DNA from: Asterias rubens
Taxonomy: Eukaryota
DNA: 64,000 bases
Reading direction: 5' to 3'
Assembly: GCF_902459465.1 (NCBI RefSeq)
Contig: NC_047070.1
Coordinates: 2,728,001 to 2,792,000, forward strand
Position numbers and translations under genes: made by a program. The notes beneath the pieces are model-generated. The model saw only the letters and a program-made list of their open reading frames with translations, had not been told where the DNA came from and ran no database searches. Below are positions 1 through 11,539 of the stretch, piece by piece. How positions within the stretch are numbered: the stretch's first letter is position 1; every line of letters begins with the position of its first letter.

Positions 1-469
1 AAACACGGCTGACCTATGTGTACACATTGTCTAGGCATTAATATACTATTCAGATTATTTTATTATTCACAATATAAGTCTGATTTTTGCAAGGAAAAAA
101 AAAATCGAAAAAACTAAACTAAAAGTAGGATGGATATCATGCCTGTAGAGCAAGACACCATTCATGTTTTGTGTAATCTGTATTTTGTTACCGCATACCT
201 TTCCATATCGTGACCAAACTTATACATGAAATTAAAATACCTATGCAAATTCCTGTCAGGAAATTTATATGAAAAAACATGCACAATTTTTAGCTTGTAT
301 GTAATCACACTGTCATTAATTTGGGTTATAAAAATTTGCTATAGATTTTTAAAAAGAGGTTATCATCTAAAAAGGTAATTGTTTTGGCAAATCAAAGCAT
401 CAGTTCATCTGAGACGAATTTCAGTATTTAAAAAAGGTTGATCTTCCAAAAGTACCTTTAAAATACTTT

Positions 470-710
470 TTAAAGACACTGGACACTTACTGGACACTAT
501 TGGTAATTGTCAAAGACCAGTCTTCTCACTCAAAATCAAGTTCAAATATTTTAGTGGAAAATTACTTCTTTCTCGAAAACTACGCTACTTCAGAGACGGC
601 CGTTTCTCAAAAAGTGTTATACTATCAACAGCTCTCCATTGCTTGTTATCAAGTAATTTTTTACGCTAACGATTATTTTGAGTAATAACCAATAGTGTCC
701 ATGCCTTTAA
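470..710. mobile_element. TTAA-flanked MITE family A (Kolobok/piggyBac-type ends), internally deleted copy
   Basis: TIR ttaaagrcastggacactattggtaatt...aattaccaatagtgtccactgcctttaa shared with many copies in the window. Confidence 0.75.
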
Positions 711-1148
711 ACTGTCTAATTCTTATCCATAAACATTATACCTTAGTTTGCAATTGAAACGAAGAGTAAGTTAAAAACCATTATAATTTGTCTGCATTCC
801 AGAGACGATGAAGGAAGAGTCTGAAACCTTCCCCTTCATGTCTCTCGTCATTCTGAATGTGACCCTATAAAAGGTTCAACAGAAAAATTTACACTGCGCC
901 ATTATAGAGGTGCCCTACAAATAGTGGAGTAATTACAAAATGTACACCCTGCCTTTAAAAGGACAACTGTATAAAGCCAGCTGGGTTGAGTATCTTCTTG
1001 AGGAGAATAAAAACTCAACTTTGAGTGAGTAAGATCATGTCCCAATGCACCTCTGACATAAACATCAAAATCAAAAGTAGTGTTGGGGTATAATTCCCCC
1101 AAAGATAAGGCTTCAACATCTGCAACCGATTTCCAACCAGAAACTCCA

Positions 1149-3352
1149 TTAATGCATAAATACGTTAGAATTGGTACCTCCTATTATGGCAAAGTTGTTG
1201 TTACCTGTTATGGTAACATTTCTACCCTGACCCCTTCCAGTTACGACCCCCGCAGTTCTTGAACTTTCCTGTCTCACAGGCTGTCCATCAACTTCATCCA
1301 AGTCGACTGCATAAAAAAGGAAACAGAAAACCATGATTAAATCATTGAAAATATGGTCTAAGTAGGACTTATTAAATGAATTTTCCACAAAACACAGCCA
1401 ATACTTTCAAAATTTTCGTTTATGTTTCGACTAATATCGGTTGGTGGCGCTGTTTCCTGCTCAGCCACTGGATGGTGGTTTGGCCGATTGTGTCCTCCCC
1501 GGGGGTGAAACTTGGGATATGAGGGAGTCCCATAAACCCCAAGTTTCACCCAGGTGAGGACACAATCTGCCAAACCACCGTCCAGTGGCAGTAGCAGGAA
1601 ACAGCGCCACCAACCGACTGGTGGTGCCTCATTCTGAGGATGACTAGTGATACTAGTTGAAACGTAAACAAAAACTACGTATTGGCTGTGTTTTGTAGAA
1701 AATTCATATAATAAGTTGATATTTTACCAGCCTGATGAACGTCTTTGATGGTATAAGTAGGATTTGAAACTGTGCATGGTGGAAGTATAACTAAGAGAGG
1801 TGTGTGGTAACACCCTGTGAATATCTCTTCATAGTAGTATGTTGGTTCAGAAAAGAACTGGTGGTGGATGACTCAATGTTTCGATCAGTATGCTCTGATC
1901 ATCCTCAGGGGAATGCTGGACTAAGGCCATTAACTATTTTCTAAAAATAATTTTTGTCTCGTTGAGAGGGAATTTATTTTCAAATGTATATTTACAATGG
2001 ATTTACACGACTCTCCTTAAAACGCTGTACTATGATTTTTTCACTTTTTTTTCTTGATGACTAATGAAGATGAAACTACTTCAGGTAAATTATATTACAT
2101 ACATCTTCATTCACAGTCAGTTAGGGATTCATGTCGTGGCCAAAAACTTGATCTACAAAAGGTATCGAAACCCTTTACGGGAACATTACAGAACTGGTAT
2201 GAGAAAAAAACTTGTCTAAGATCACAGTTTTACATAAAACTTACACGGTCTAGTTATGTACAAACAAAACATCACTTGAAATATTTCTGTCTGAAATGTC
2301 ATATTTGATGAAAAATAAATAAAACTAATTTCCTGTTTGGAGTTATTCGCTCAGTGAGCGTTTTATTCATTTTATTTTTTAATCAATGTCATGCAAAATG
2401 TGTGATCGGTTTTTCACTATTTTCTCGTGACCCAGACAGCCGATTGATCTCAAACTTCTACAGGTTTGTCAGTTTATGTATATGGTTGATCACATCAAAT
2501 GCTTACACTGCCAGCAACTGTTTTGTTAGCAAAAACCAATTCCATTTGTTCCTGTACGAAATTCTTTAAGGGATAAAACATACCTGGCAGAGAGGTGTTG
2601 TCCAACTTCTCGACCAGATGTTCATACACAGGGAACTCACACAACACATTTCTGAACTTTCCATATGCATTGGGTCCTCTTTTCTCCAGGTCATTTAGCA
2701 TTTTACTCATCTGGCCCTGTGAAAGGAACATGACACATTAATCATTCAAAACAGTTTGAAAAGATCTCAAAGTGCTTTACAAACAAACATGCTTTCAACA
2801 AAAGTTTACTATCAATAATGTCGGAGTTATAAGCCATGCGTGTTAGATTTGAATAATGTCTGGTACAATGACGTGCTTGACCACAAGTTACCATTTAAAT
2901 TTGAATTATTCAGTCTATCAGTATGTCGCATAATTAGGGGCAAGCTTTTGCGTAGTAACGTAAGAGACGGTGAACACCCATACACAATTCTGAATGAATG
3001 TGTATGACACAATGGTACCAGGGTTTGCTCATCTGGAGGTTGCTATGCAAAAGGCTCGCCCCGAACCATTTGACATAGCAACTGTCTTATTAGTCTGATT
3101 ATTTCAAATGTAAGCGGTACATTGTGACTAAAACAAGTCATTGTATCGACATTATTCAAATCCAACTCTCAAATGGCGTATTGACCTTAATGACCTCTCT
3201 CTTACTTTAGCTGTAGATTGCGCAAATATTTCCTCCATCATCTGGGGAGAGAAAACCTCCTCCTGAATTAGATGATCCGAAACTTTACTAGGTTCGATGT
3301 CCAGCAAAGCACAGCGATTTCTCCTCAGTCGTTGCTTATCTCGATTTTCCAT
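1149..3352 (-). CDS. Small CARD-domain protein (RAIDD/caspase-9-type CARD) with C-terminal RHIM-like motif, 145 aa, 3 coding exons
   Basis: Exons 3352-3206 (phase 0), 2716-2584 (phase 1) and 1306-1149, all GT-AG with pyrimidine-rich acceptors, total 438 nt. Translation MENRDKQRLRRNRCALLDIEPSKVSDHLIQEEVF...LEKRGPNAYGKFRNVL... fits a CARD (recalled RAIDD start MEARDKQVLR; RGPxA motif). Ends NVTITGNNNFAIIGGTNSNVFMH*. An acceptor at 3368-3369 implies an upstream non-coding exon; a strong minus-strand donor (GTAAGT) lies at 4866-4871. Confidence 0.82.
1378..1707. mobile_element. Foldback element with Penelope-like terminal segments as inverted arms
   Basis: 1437-1490 is the reverse complement of about 1569-1620, and 1378-1435 of about 1648-1707; the right arm carries a hammerhead-type core. 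Confidence 0.5.
1631..1669 (+). ncRNA. Minimal hammerhead-ribozyme-like motif (Penelope-like element type)
   Basis: ATT-CTGAGGA-T-GACTAG-tgata-CTAGTT-GAAAC-GTA-AAC: CUGANGA box, 6-bp stem II, GAAAC, palindromic ACGT in place of stem III, GUA triplet; stem I only 2 bp. Activity unknown. Confidence 0.5.
1765..1920 (-). mobile_element. Penelope-like terminal-repeat fragment with degenerate hammerhead core (1872-1911)
   Basis: Minus strand CTGAGGA-T-GATCAG-agcata-CTGATC-GAAAC-ATT-GAG. Related flanks (ttggytctgaaaagarc) recur at 44300-44440, 49850-49955 and 60855-61005. Confidence 0.5.
2173..2569. mobile_element. TTAA-flanked MITE family B
   Basis: Near-identical to 45785-46172 and 61214-61598; TIR aggaacrttacagaattgg...ccaattctgtaatgttcct. 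Confidence 0.75.
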
Positions 3353-4544
3353 CTTTTGGCAGAGTACCTAGATAGAATTAGAATAGGACAGAATTATAGG
3401 TCAATATTTGATCAGGTCTTTGAAAAGGATTGAAAAGCGTCTGCAATGTCTAAAGGGTTAGGCTAATGGCTACTTAGTAATAAGGCCGTGTTCGAAACGG
3501 CGATTTTGGCTACAGCTACGGCTAGATCAGCGCGTCTGCCTGTATTGAAGAATAGGCGGACGCGTGCGATCTAGCCGTAGATGTAGCCGAAGTCACCGTT
3601 TTAGACATGGTCTTACATAGGAAAGTACTTTAGCATGTTTTTTCTCCTGTAGCAATCATGGAGGTAGAGATTGTAATCATGATGTATACTTAGCTGATAA
3701 AAGTTTTAAATAGGGGCTCCAAGTCCAATGTCAAGTTAAGTGATGTTATATCTGATACTTAGAATAGTAGGACGATAAACAGCAAGCTAGTACATATTTG
3801 ACGCAACAGTGACAAAAATGGTTCCATTTGAACTTTATGGTAATTTATTACTGGCGAGGTCTCGCAAATATCTCGTATTCTGTAACCCTCTGGTCTGTCT
3901 GCGATTGTCGGGAAGATGGAGGGTAACGGTTGCAATCGTCCATCTATCGCCCTCTTTTGTCCATGCTGTACAAACTATGGAATCTGTGCAAGATGGCTGC
4001 TTATATTTATATTACAGATAGGCCCTACATTTTTTCACAAGAAAAACCGCTATTCTTAGAAGTGGAAAAGTTAAATGTTACCCCAAACATATCCCTCTTT
4101 TGTAGATTTTAAATGGTTAACCTAGTAGAGTAGTTGCGACCTGCGGGAGGAGGGTTACGTTATCGCAACTTTAGAGGTTGGACAGTACAGTCAGTAGTTA
4201 CGTTCGTGTTGGGACTGTTGACATCGAGTTCGTTGAAGCCTAAATGGACCTAGACCCAGTGACTGGGGCGCTAGAGAATCTAGATACCTTTTTTCTAAAT
4301 TTTGACATTATCGGTCATTATGTCAAAATGGACCCACGTCGATGCAATTCAATTCAATAACTTATTGAATAAGCCTTTTTGTTGAGATATGGCAGACACA
4401 TGTACTACAACACTCTAAGGACCTTAGTAAGGTTTGGGTAAATGTGTGTGTATTTCAACCAAACTACACTCCGTATCCTCTATCACGTCCGCCATACCTC
4501 AAAAAGGCTTTTTAAATATGGACATTTACTACTCCTAGTCCTAG

Positions 4545-4678
4545 TCCTAGAACTATTTCGGTTTCGTCCGGCTATCGTCTACGGGAGACGATAGCCGGAC
4601 GAAACCGAAATAGTTCTGTTTCGTCCGGCTATCGTCTCCCGTAGACGATAGCCGGACGAAACCGAAATAGTTCTAGGA
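4545..4678. repeat. Perfect nested inverted repeat
   Basis: About 61-bp arms are exact reverse complements around a 12-bp spacer; each arm contains its own 20-bp-stem hairpin. Confidence 0.9.
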
Positions 4679-6223
4679 GTATACATTTACCAAGGAACTC
4701 ACCTTTACCAAACCAAGCAAGACGAACTGGGCAAATCTGACGATTATCAAGTTGGGACGGAACAAATCTACTTTTGTTTTGTGATTGATTGAATTTAATC
4801 ATTCAGATGATCGGTTCCAATTCCAATTCGTACATGTCGTAATTATTCATACTCGTGTATTGTATACTTACCAGTACAGTTATTGTTCCATGCAGAACCA
4901 CACTCTGCTCTGGTCACTCTTGCTACTTTTGACATAAAACCGTAGTTCCGTATGGTTTATTTACCACCAAAAAAAAATAGAATCAAGAAAATACCGTGCG
5001 TTTGAAGTTTCCTATGTTGTTGTTGATGTCGATCTATATCTACGTACCGCGTCCGGCCGTATCAAAATATCCTGTTTTTTCCCCAAAAAGCATTGGCCTT
5101 GATTGTCAAATGAGGGCGCTATACCCAAAATCCTGTCTTGGGGTCCGGTGTTTTTTTTCACAAAGTGAAAAAGGGATAGGGGAAGCACAATAACTAAGGT
5201 TAAAAAATTACTAATTGTTATAACTTCAAAGAAACATCAGAAACCTTTCTCATAGTAATTGTATCTAGCTTTTAATATTTAATTTTATTTCTTGACAATT
5301 ACCATTTTTTGTATTACCAATGAAACCTTTACGCGAGATTTATTCATCAACAAAGAAACATTGGCATACTTTTAAATAATTATAATTCTGCAATGTATTC
5401 ACTTATTTATTCAAACACCTCACCAAACAATTTCTTTTTCTTTCAAACATTGATTTGAAATACAATTTTTACGACCAAATTAGATTTTTTACTTTTTTTG
5501 TAAGTTTATTTATAAAGAGCATAACCTATGAACCCCATGCTGTTTATTTATTTATTTATAGTTTACTCCCACTTTGTTGGTTCAATAGTTGTCAAATTAG
5601 AAATGCGAGAGAATAAAACTGAAGAAAGGTGTTTAAAGTCGAGTTGCTTATTGGAAATACATTGGTACATTTTACTTCTTTTTGATGTTCTTTATCTGGA
5701 AGGAAGTTGCCAAAATAAAATCAAATATCTTTGGCCAATTTTGTTGGCTTGTTTATCCATACTGATATTTCCAACAAATGACCGATTTAGCTTGATGGCA
5801 TCTAAGTGGTTTTGTAGTACTTCAAGTTCATGCCTTCAAATGATTAAGTCCTAATGTACCATTTTAAGGTTCAAGGCTTCAACATTTCCAAAACAATTCA
5901 ACTCATCAAATCCTTAGACATAGACCAGCTGCAGAACGTCCTGCACTAATAAACCTGATAATTTATGCTATGACAACATTTGACTAGTGGGTGCATGGGT
6001 GAAAAATTGTACAAGTTGTGATAATCATAATACCATTCTTACTCTAAGACCATTGGGGAGTGAGTGTTACGATTATCACAACCTTATCAGATGTGTACTC
6101 TGACCAAGCAGGCCTTGCATTTAAGCCCACAGCCACACACAGCAATTGCCTTGGTGCCCAAAAGCTTTTGCTGTGGAGCCATTTGCAAAGTTCTTATACA
6201 AACAAGGCCTGCCTAAGCCAGCT

Positions 6224-6620
6224 TTAAAGAAACACGTTTATCGGACGAGTTGGTCTATAAAAAGCGTTTGAAACCGTTTGTTATGAAATGCATGGTTAGA
6301 AAGATGTTTTTAAAGTAGAATATAATGATTCACATAAGTATCACTCAAAATTGCACGGTTTTCCTTTTACGTCGCGAACTCACATGGTCAGCCATTTATG
6401 GGAGTCAAAAATTTGACTCCCATAAATGGCCGGCCGTGTTTGTCGTCGAGGTAAAAAGAAACCACGCAATTTCGAGGCATATTTGTGTAGATTAACTTAG
6501 TGTAGATCATTGTATTCTACTTTTACAACATCTTTCTACCCATATGCATTTTATAACAAACGGTTACAGAACGCTTTTCAAAGACCAAGTTGACCGATCC
6601 AAGGCAATGTGTTCCTTTAA
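6224..6620. mobile_element. TTAA-flanked MITE family D
   Basis: Related to 43432-43795 (acacgttgccttggatc...gatccaaggcaatgtgt TIR type). Confidence 0.7.
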
Positions 6621-9600
6621 GCGAACTAGTTTAGCTATAATCTACTCAAAGGTAAAGGTTCGTGTTATATTTTTGATTATTCTTGATGATAACTTTAGAC
6701 AAGAAATACCACACGAGCAAGCATGAACTGTTTACCATAGCAGTTCATGGCTATTGATTATCTTTTTAAAATCTTTAAAAAAATAATGTGATTCTAATAA
6801 TAAACCAGGTTTTGTTATATAAAGATTTCAACAATAAGCCACGTTCAAAACTGCTTTAAACAATTAGTTAAATATCTAATAATTCATTACTATACATTGA
6901 TCTACATTGAAGATTTAATTTAAAATTTTTAAGAAAAGATTTTTGTGTTGTCTCTTTTTGGCTGTACTGTATAAAAAAACAATCAAAATTAGCAAATAAA
7001 AAAAGACAATAATTTGAAAAGTTGCGGAGCCCAATTTTTGAAAAAAGTAATTATTTCAAAAGATTTTGACAGATATTTCTGTTTCAAATAAAAAACATAC
7101 CATTGTTTGTGTAGGTGCCACTGTCATTATCGCACAAAAAAAAAATAAAGTACTGATCAAAATAGTTTTGTACTCGTGGGCGAATCATCAGAAAATAATA
7201 AATGTTTAGTTGTTTTAAATTAACTACCAGTTATCGCTGGCAGATTTGTTTGTGCATTACATTGAAAGAAAGGTAATAACTTTCTTGAAACAATAAAAAT
7301 AGCTTATAAAAATATCACTTATATTTAAACATGCAGGTTAAAATAAGACCTAATATCTTTAAATTTTACGACACAGTCTTTATGTCAAATACGTTTTTGT
7401 AGATTGCTCTAAATTACCTTTTTAAACAAAAAAAACATAAAATGTACCAATTACCTTGCATTTAATGAAACCCTACTTTGTATTTAAGTTCTTTCATTTT
7501 AATAAACGTTACAATTTTGACAAATAGTAGGCCCCTATCAAAATAAAGTATTTACATTCAAATATTCATGTGAATCACAAGAAAGCACTATAAAATTCTT
7601 ACAATTAACTGTGATTTCTTTTTACATTTTTGGTGCATTTGGCGGTAAGACTAACCTGTCTAAACCTACTGGATGTGTACATGTACCTTTTGTGTTTACA
7701 TTGTCTCTGCTTGCGCCTTAAACATCTGTAAAGATTGATTTGGTGCATTACAAATACCTACTACATGTAGTATTATTATTATATTATTTACTGGCTTTAT
7801 GATTATGAATGGTCATTTCCATAATAACTATACAAAATATCTGAATATATTTTAGAAAATCAAGTAAAACATTAAAATTTAAAACTGTCTATTATACATA
7901 GTGAAATATATTAAAGTGTGTAAAGCTGCTTTGGAAATATGTTTACCCTCTGAAGTAATTCTTTCATATAAACTTAAACGTGATATGAAAGAAACAAAAA
8001 AGGACAAAGGGTCGGACTGCTTATAGTATTGTTTTTAAATTGTTCTCAAATTTCCCTCTATCAAATGAAAAGTTGAAAACAAATATCAGGTATGTTGTGT
8101 ATGTGGTTAATACTTTTTTACATGCTAAAACTGAGACGAAAATTATTTTTGAGACAATGTTTTACTCATTTCTCAAAGTCATATTTTCAGGGAAGCTTTC
8201 TACTATCATTATCTTCAAACTGTGTACGTTTAATGTAAATCTGTGGACATTACACAGACCCTTTAAAGGCTAAAATCATTGTTTTAGGGTTACATGACAA
8301 AGCAATGTATACACCCAGTATAGTCCATTTCCAGCTGGAAATGATTGTATTTTAACACCATTTACATTTTTTGTATTATTTAAAATTTTAAATTCACTTT
8401 TAGTTTAAGGAGTGCTACAGGTATTTTTTTTAATTCAACTAATAAGGTACACGGGTACTGCAGAGTGCAGAGAGAGATTTCAATCACATTCCTGATGCAA
8501 CAACAAATAAATTAATGTTTTATTTAATAAATTTCATTATTTATTACTCCTAGGAAGGGTGTCCTTCCATATCATAAATATTTAAATAAAAGATCACAAT
8601 TGTAAATTCGTGTTGAAATAAATAAACATTTTGGTCAAATTACTATTAATAAATAACTATTTATTAAACAAACAATCACCCATCTTTACTGACGGTAGCC
8701 CATCCAGCAAACTGTGTTAGTATCATATTGGGTCCTCGTATAGAGAAAGGTTGATATTATTCAATATTTTAATATATTATTTAATATATTTTAATTAAAA
8801 CAGAACAGTCCCAGATGGTCCCAGTGACTGTACATGAAGTTATGAACTTTCACCCAGTTATAAAGCACACACCTCTCGTAGTACTAGTAGCTCACCATAG
8901 AGAAGATACAGAGGGAGGGAGTGCACATGCAGTAACTTCCCTGGCTCAAGCTTGGGGGGAAATGTATAATGAACATAGAACTTGTAGTTCAGAATTTTAA
9001 CTGGAACAAGCGTTTTTTCCGCAAGACCAGAATCAAAACGGTTAAAAACCTTTCCACAAACATTTTTCTAAGATTAGAGAAGATTGATCTCCTTTTTCAT
9101 ATGGGCAAGTACACTTTGATACTCAAAAGAATTAAAGATTGTTTGTTACATTAAATGTAAAACTTTTCGCATAACTTTTATGACATAGTTAGGTATATTA
9201 CTCAATGAAAAAAACAAGTAGACTGCCGGACTCTGCCTGTTGCGAGTTTACAGGCCCGACACTAAAATCACTGGCCTCATCAGGCATGCCGTCCAGTGTT
9301 GATTTCCAGCCCTGAACTGGGTTAGAGTTTATAATTCCATACAGCCACAGACTGACCTGGGCTCAATTTTGCTTAATGATTTCCTATTAGCAAAAATTAG
9401 CAGGATACCAGTCACAATGGTACTGTACGTGTGAAATGGTATTTTGGCTGGTAATCTAATTCTACTAAGCATAATTTGGTTGTGCTTAGCTACTTTGTGC
9501 TTAGTCCATGACAACACAGCCATTTACTTTCTATCTTAAGCCCGGTTGAAACTTCCAGCGAAAGTGAATGCAATACAAATTTTGTCGTCAAAAATTTGCA

Positions 9601-9730
9601 ACAAATAATTTGCAACAGTTGAAATGTGTTCAACTCTTACGAAAAATTGGTAGCGAAAATGTTTTGATGTCAAAATACGCTTCCCATTAGCATTCGCAGG
9701 AAGTATGGACAGGGCTTTATTTTGTTCTTT

Positions 9731-10795
9731 TTACTGCACTCCAATAAATTGTGTAATGGGTGGGGCATCCACCATCAGCATCTTATACTCCTTAGTGAAG
9801 AACTTGAGGCGGTCGAAGTATCCGCGTTTCTGGTACGGCAATCCATGCTCCTGCAAATACTGCTGTACAATGGGTTGGATCTTCAAACACATGTTGTCAG
9901 ACAGCTTGGGAAAGAGATGGTGCTCGATATGGCAGGCAATCAGTGAGTGTCCGAAATTCCAGTCCAGTAACAGATTATGGGATAGATTGAGGACTCCGCT
10001 GGACATCAGGTGGAGACGTGGCGGGCGACTATCACGTGCGTACATCGGTAATCCGATATGTTGAAAGATGTTGACATGGATGTAAGGGATGTCCATGAGA
10101 GCGCGGTAGACAAGTGTACTCAGCACAGCCGCCTTGGCAGTGAGACCGGAGACGAACATCAGTAGTGAGATGTTGGCTACTAGGCCAACGGATACCACGA
10201 TAAAACACTGAAAAGCTTTCAGCACTTTCTTATCTTGGAGAAGAAAAACGACTGCTCCGATCGGAGTCATGACTGGTAGGAAAAGCGGGGCTACAAACAA
10301 ATAGATGTATCTCGGCAAACTTGGCACCCGCCATGTGCTAGAATCACCCAGCCCGATGACATTGGTATAGGGATGGTGGACTTTAACGTGGGCACCAATT
10401 GCGTACTCGGCTGAAAAGGATCCGCAAAACTCAATGAAGAACAACTGCCAGAAGCGATTGACGAGCTTTGAACGGCACAGGGCAGAGTGGGATGCGAGAT
10501 GAGACATCTTGGTTTTGAGCATTCCATAGTAGAATCCCAATAAGATCAGACCTGCGATGAACGGAGGCCAAGTCTGGTGCCTAAGAAGCAATAGACCAGG
10601 AGGGATCATGGCGAAACCTGATGCGATGTAGCACCAGTCTACACCATAGAGATCCCACCAGGATGATGCTTCTTGAACCTTCTGGACAGCAGCAGTCAGC
10701 TCACTCAGGCTAGCTTTTATTTCCACATCTGTCTCTTGATGAGACGACAACGACTGCTGCTCTCCACTTGATGCTGATGCTGATTTTCGTTGCAT
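9731..10795 (-). CDS. FADS6: Fatty acid desaturase 6-like membrane desaturase, 354 aa, single coding exon, no cytochrome b5 domain
   Basis: Uninterrupted ORF with histidine boxes HLASH, HVKVHHPYTN, HVNIFQH and CHIEHHLFP plus hydrophobic segments, matching FADS6 as recalled. Acceptor at 10812-10813, just 5' of the ATG, indicates a 5'-UTR intron. Confidence 0.92.
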   Translation of the reverse strand: MQRKSASASSGEQQSLSSHQETDVEIKASLSELTAAVQKVQEASSWWDLYGVDWCYIASGFAMIPPGLLLLRHQTWPPFIAGLILLGFYYGMLKTKMSHLASHSALCRSKLVNRFWQLFFIEFCGSFSAEYAIGAHVKVHHPYTNVIGLGDSSTWRVPSLPRYIYLFVAPLFLPVMTPIGAVVFLLQDKKVLKAFQCFIVVSVGLVANISLLMFVSGLTAKAAVLSTLVYRALMDIPYIHVNIFQHIGLPMYARDSRPPRLHLMSSGVLNLSHNLLLDWNFGHSLIACHIEHHLFPKLSDNMCLKIQPIVQQYLQEHGLPYQKRGYFDRLKFFTKEYKMLMVDAPPITQFIGVQ

Positions 10796-11102
10796 TGTTT
10801 GATTTGGTTTGCTGAAAATAACAGAGAAAAAATCAACACTTTAATTAATACAACTTTAAGTCTTTAGTAGTCAGAATTAGAGCTTTTTATCTTTGACAGA
10901 GAATAGACCAGAAGTTTAATAGTTTCAGTCTAAAGGCTAGATCACGACGCAAAGAGAACGCATTCTATTGGTTGAATTGCTCCACGCAGAATAGGCACAA
11001 GCTAATTTTCCACACCTCGCCACCAATTTATCTGCCCTCAATTAGCTCCATTCAACCCCCTCTTACTCCAATAACACCCCCAACCAGCCAACCCCCCCTC
11101 CA

Positions 11103-11127
11103 CCCCCCCCCCCCCCCCCCCCCCCCC
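11103..11127. repeat. C25 homopolymer
   Basis: Run read directly from the sequence, within a C-rich tract at 11055-11150. Confidence 0.9.
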
Positions 11128-11350
11128 GAGCATGACAGTCACCCCCACACACCAAATACCGCACAGTCTGCTAATGACAAAAAGTTCCCTATCTTGCACT
11201 GCACAGCAATGCAAACTGTCATGCAAACTGTCAAACCACTGTCATGCCAGTGTCAGTCAGCTGGTCGGTGTCTTGGATTGGAGTTTCATTTATAATCACC
11301 AAACATCCTTCTGTTTTACCATCCATTTAAGCAATTTTCACACATCTTAC

Positions 11351-11533
11351 CTCATTGAGTCCTGGTTGATTGTTTTAAAAACACATGAAGGGTGTTTTTG
11401 GCGATGAGAAAACGCATAAAAGATTCAGACCACAACAATCAATTTCCCAGACCATCTACCTCCATGCCCAGACAGAGTCCAGATCCCCAGATGATCTACT
11501 TCAGTCCTTCACTTCTTGACGAAATGACGGCTG
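11351..11533 (-). other. Putative 5'-UTR exon of FADS6
   Basis: Bounded on the minus strand by an acceptor (ctatttcag, AG at 11535-11534) and a strong donor AG|GTAAGA at 11350. No expression evidence available. Confidence 0.4.
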
Positions 11534-11539
11534 CTGAAA

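Noticed and set aside
902-1119. Minus-strand frame LSLGELYPNTTFDFDVYVRG resembling the second half of a fibronectin type III domain
   Set aside because: It lies just after the CARD gene stop in another frame. The only phase-compatible acceptors (e.g. TGCAG at 1120) lack a pyrimidine tract, and the first half of the domain is missing. Treated as 3' UTR; RNA-seq could overturn this.
9215-9290. Minus-strand CTGATGAGGCC...GGCC as a hammerhead
   Set aside because: Followed by TGTAAAC rather than GAAAC, so the catalytic core is incomplete.
10972-11295. Proline-rich ORF
   Set aside because: Produced by the C homopolymer in the FADS6 leader intron.
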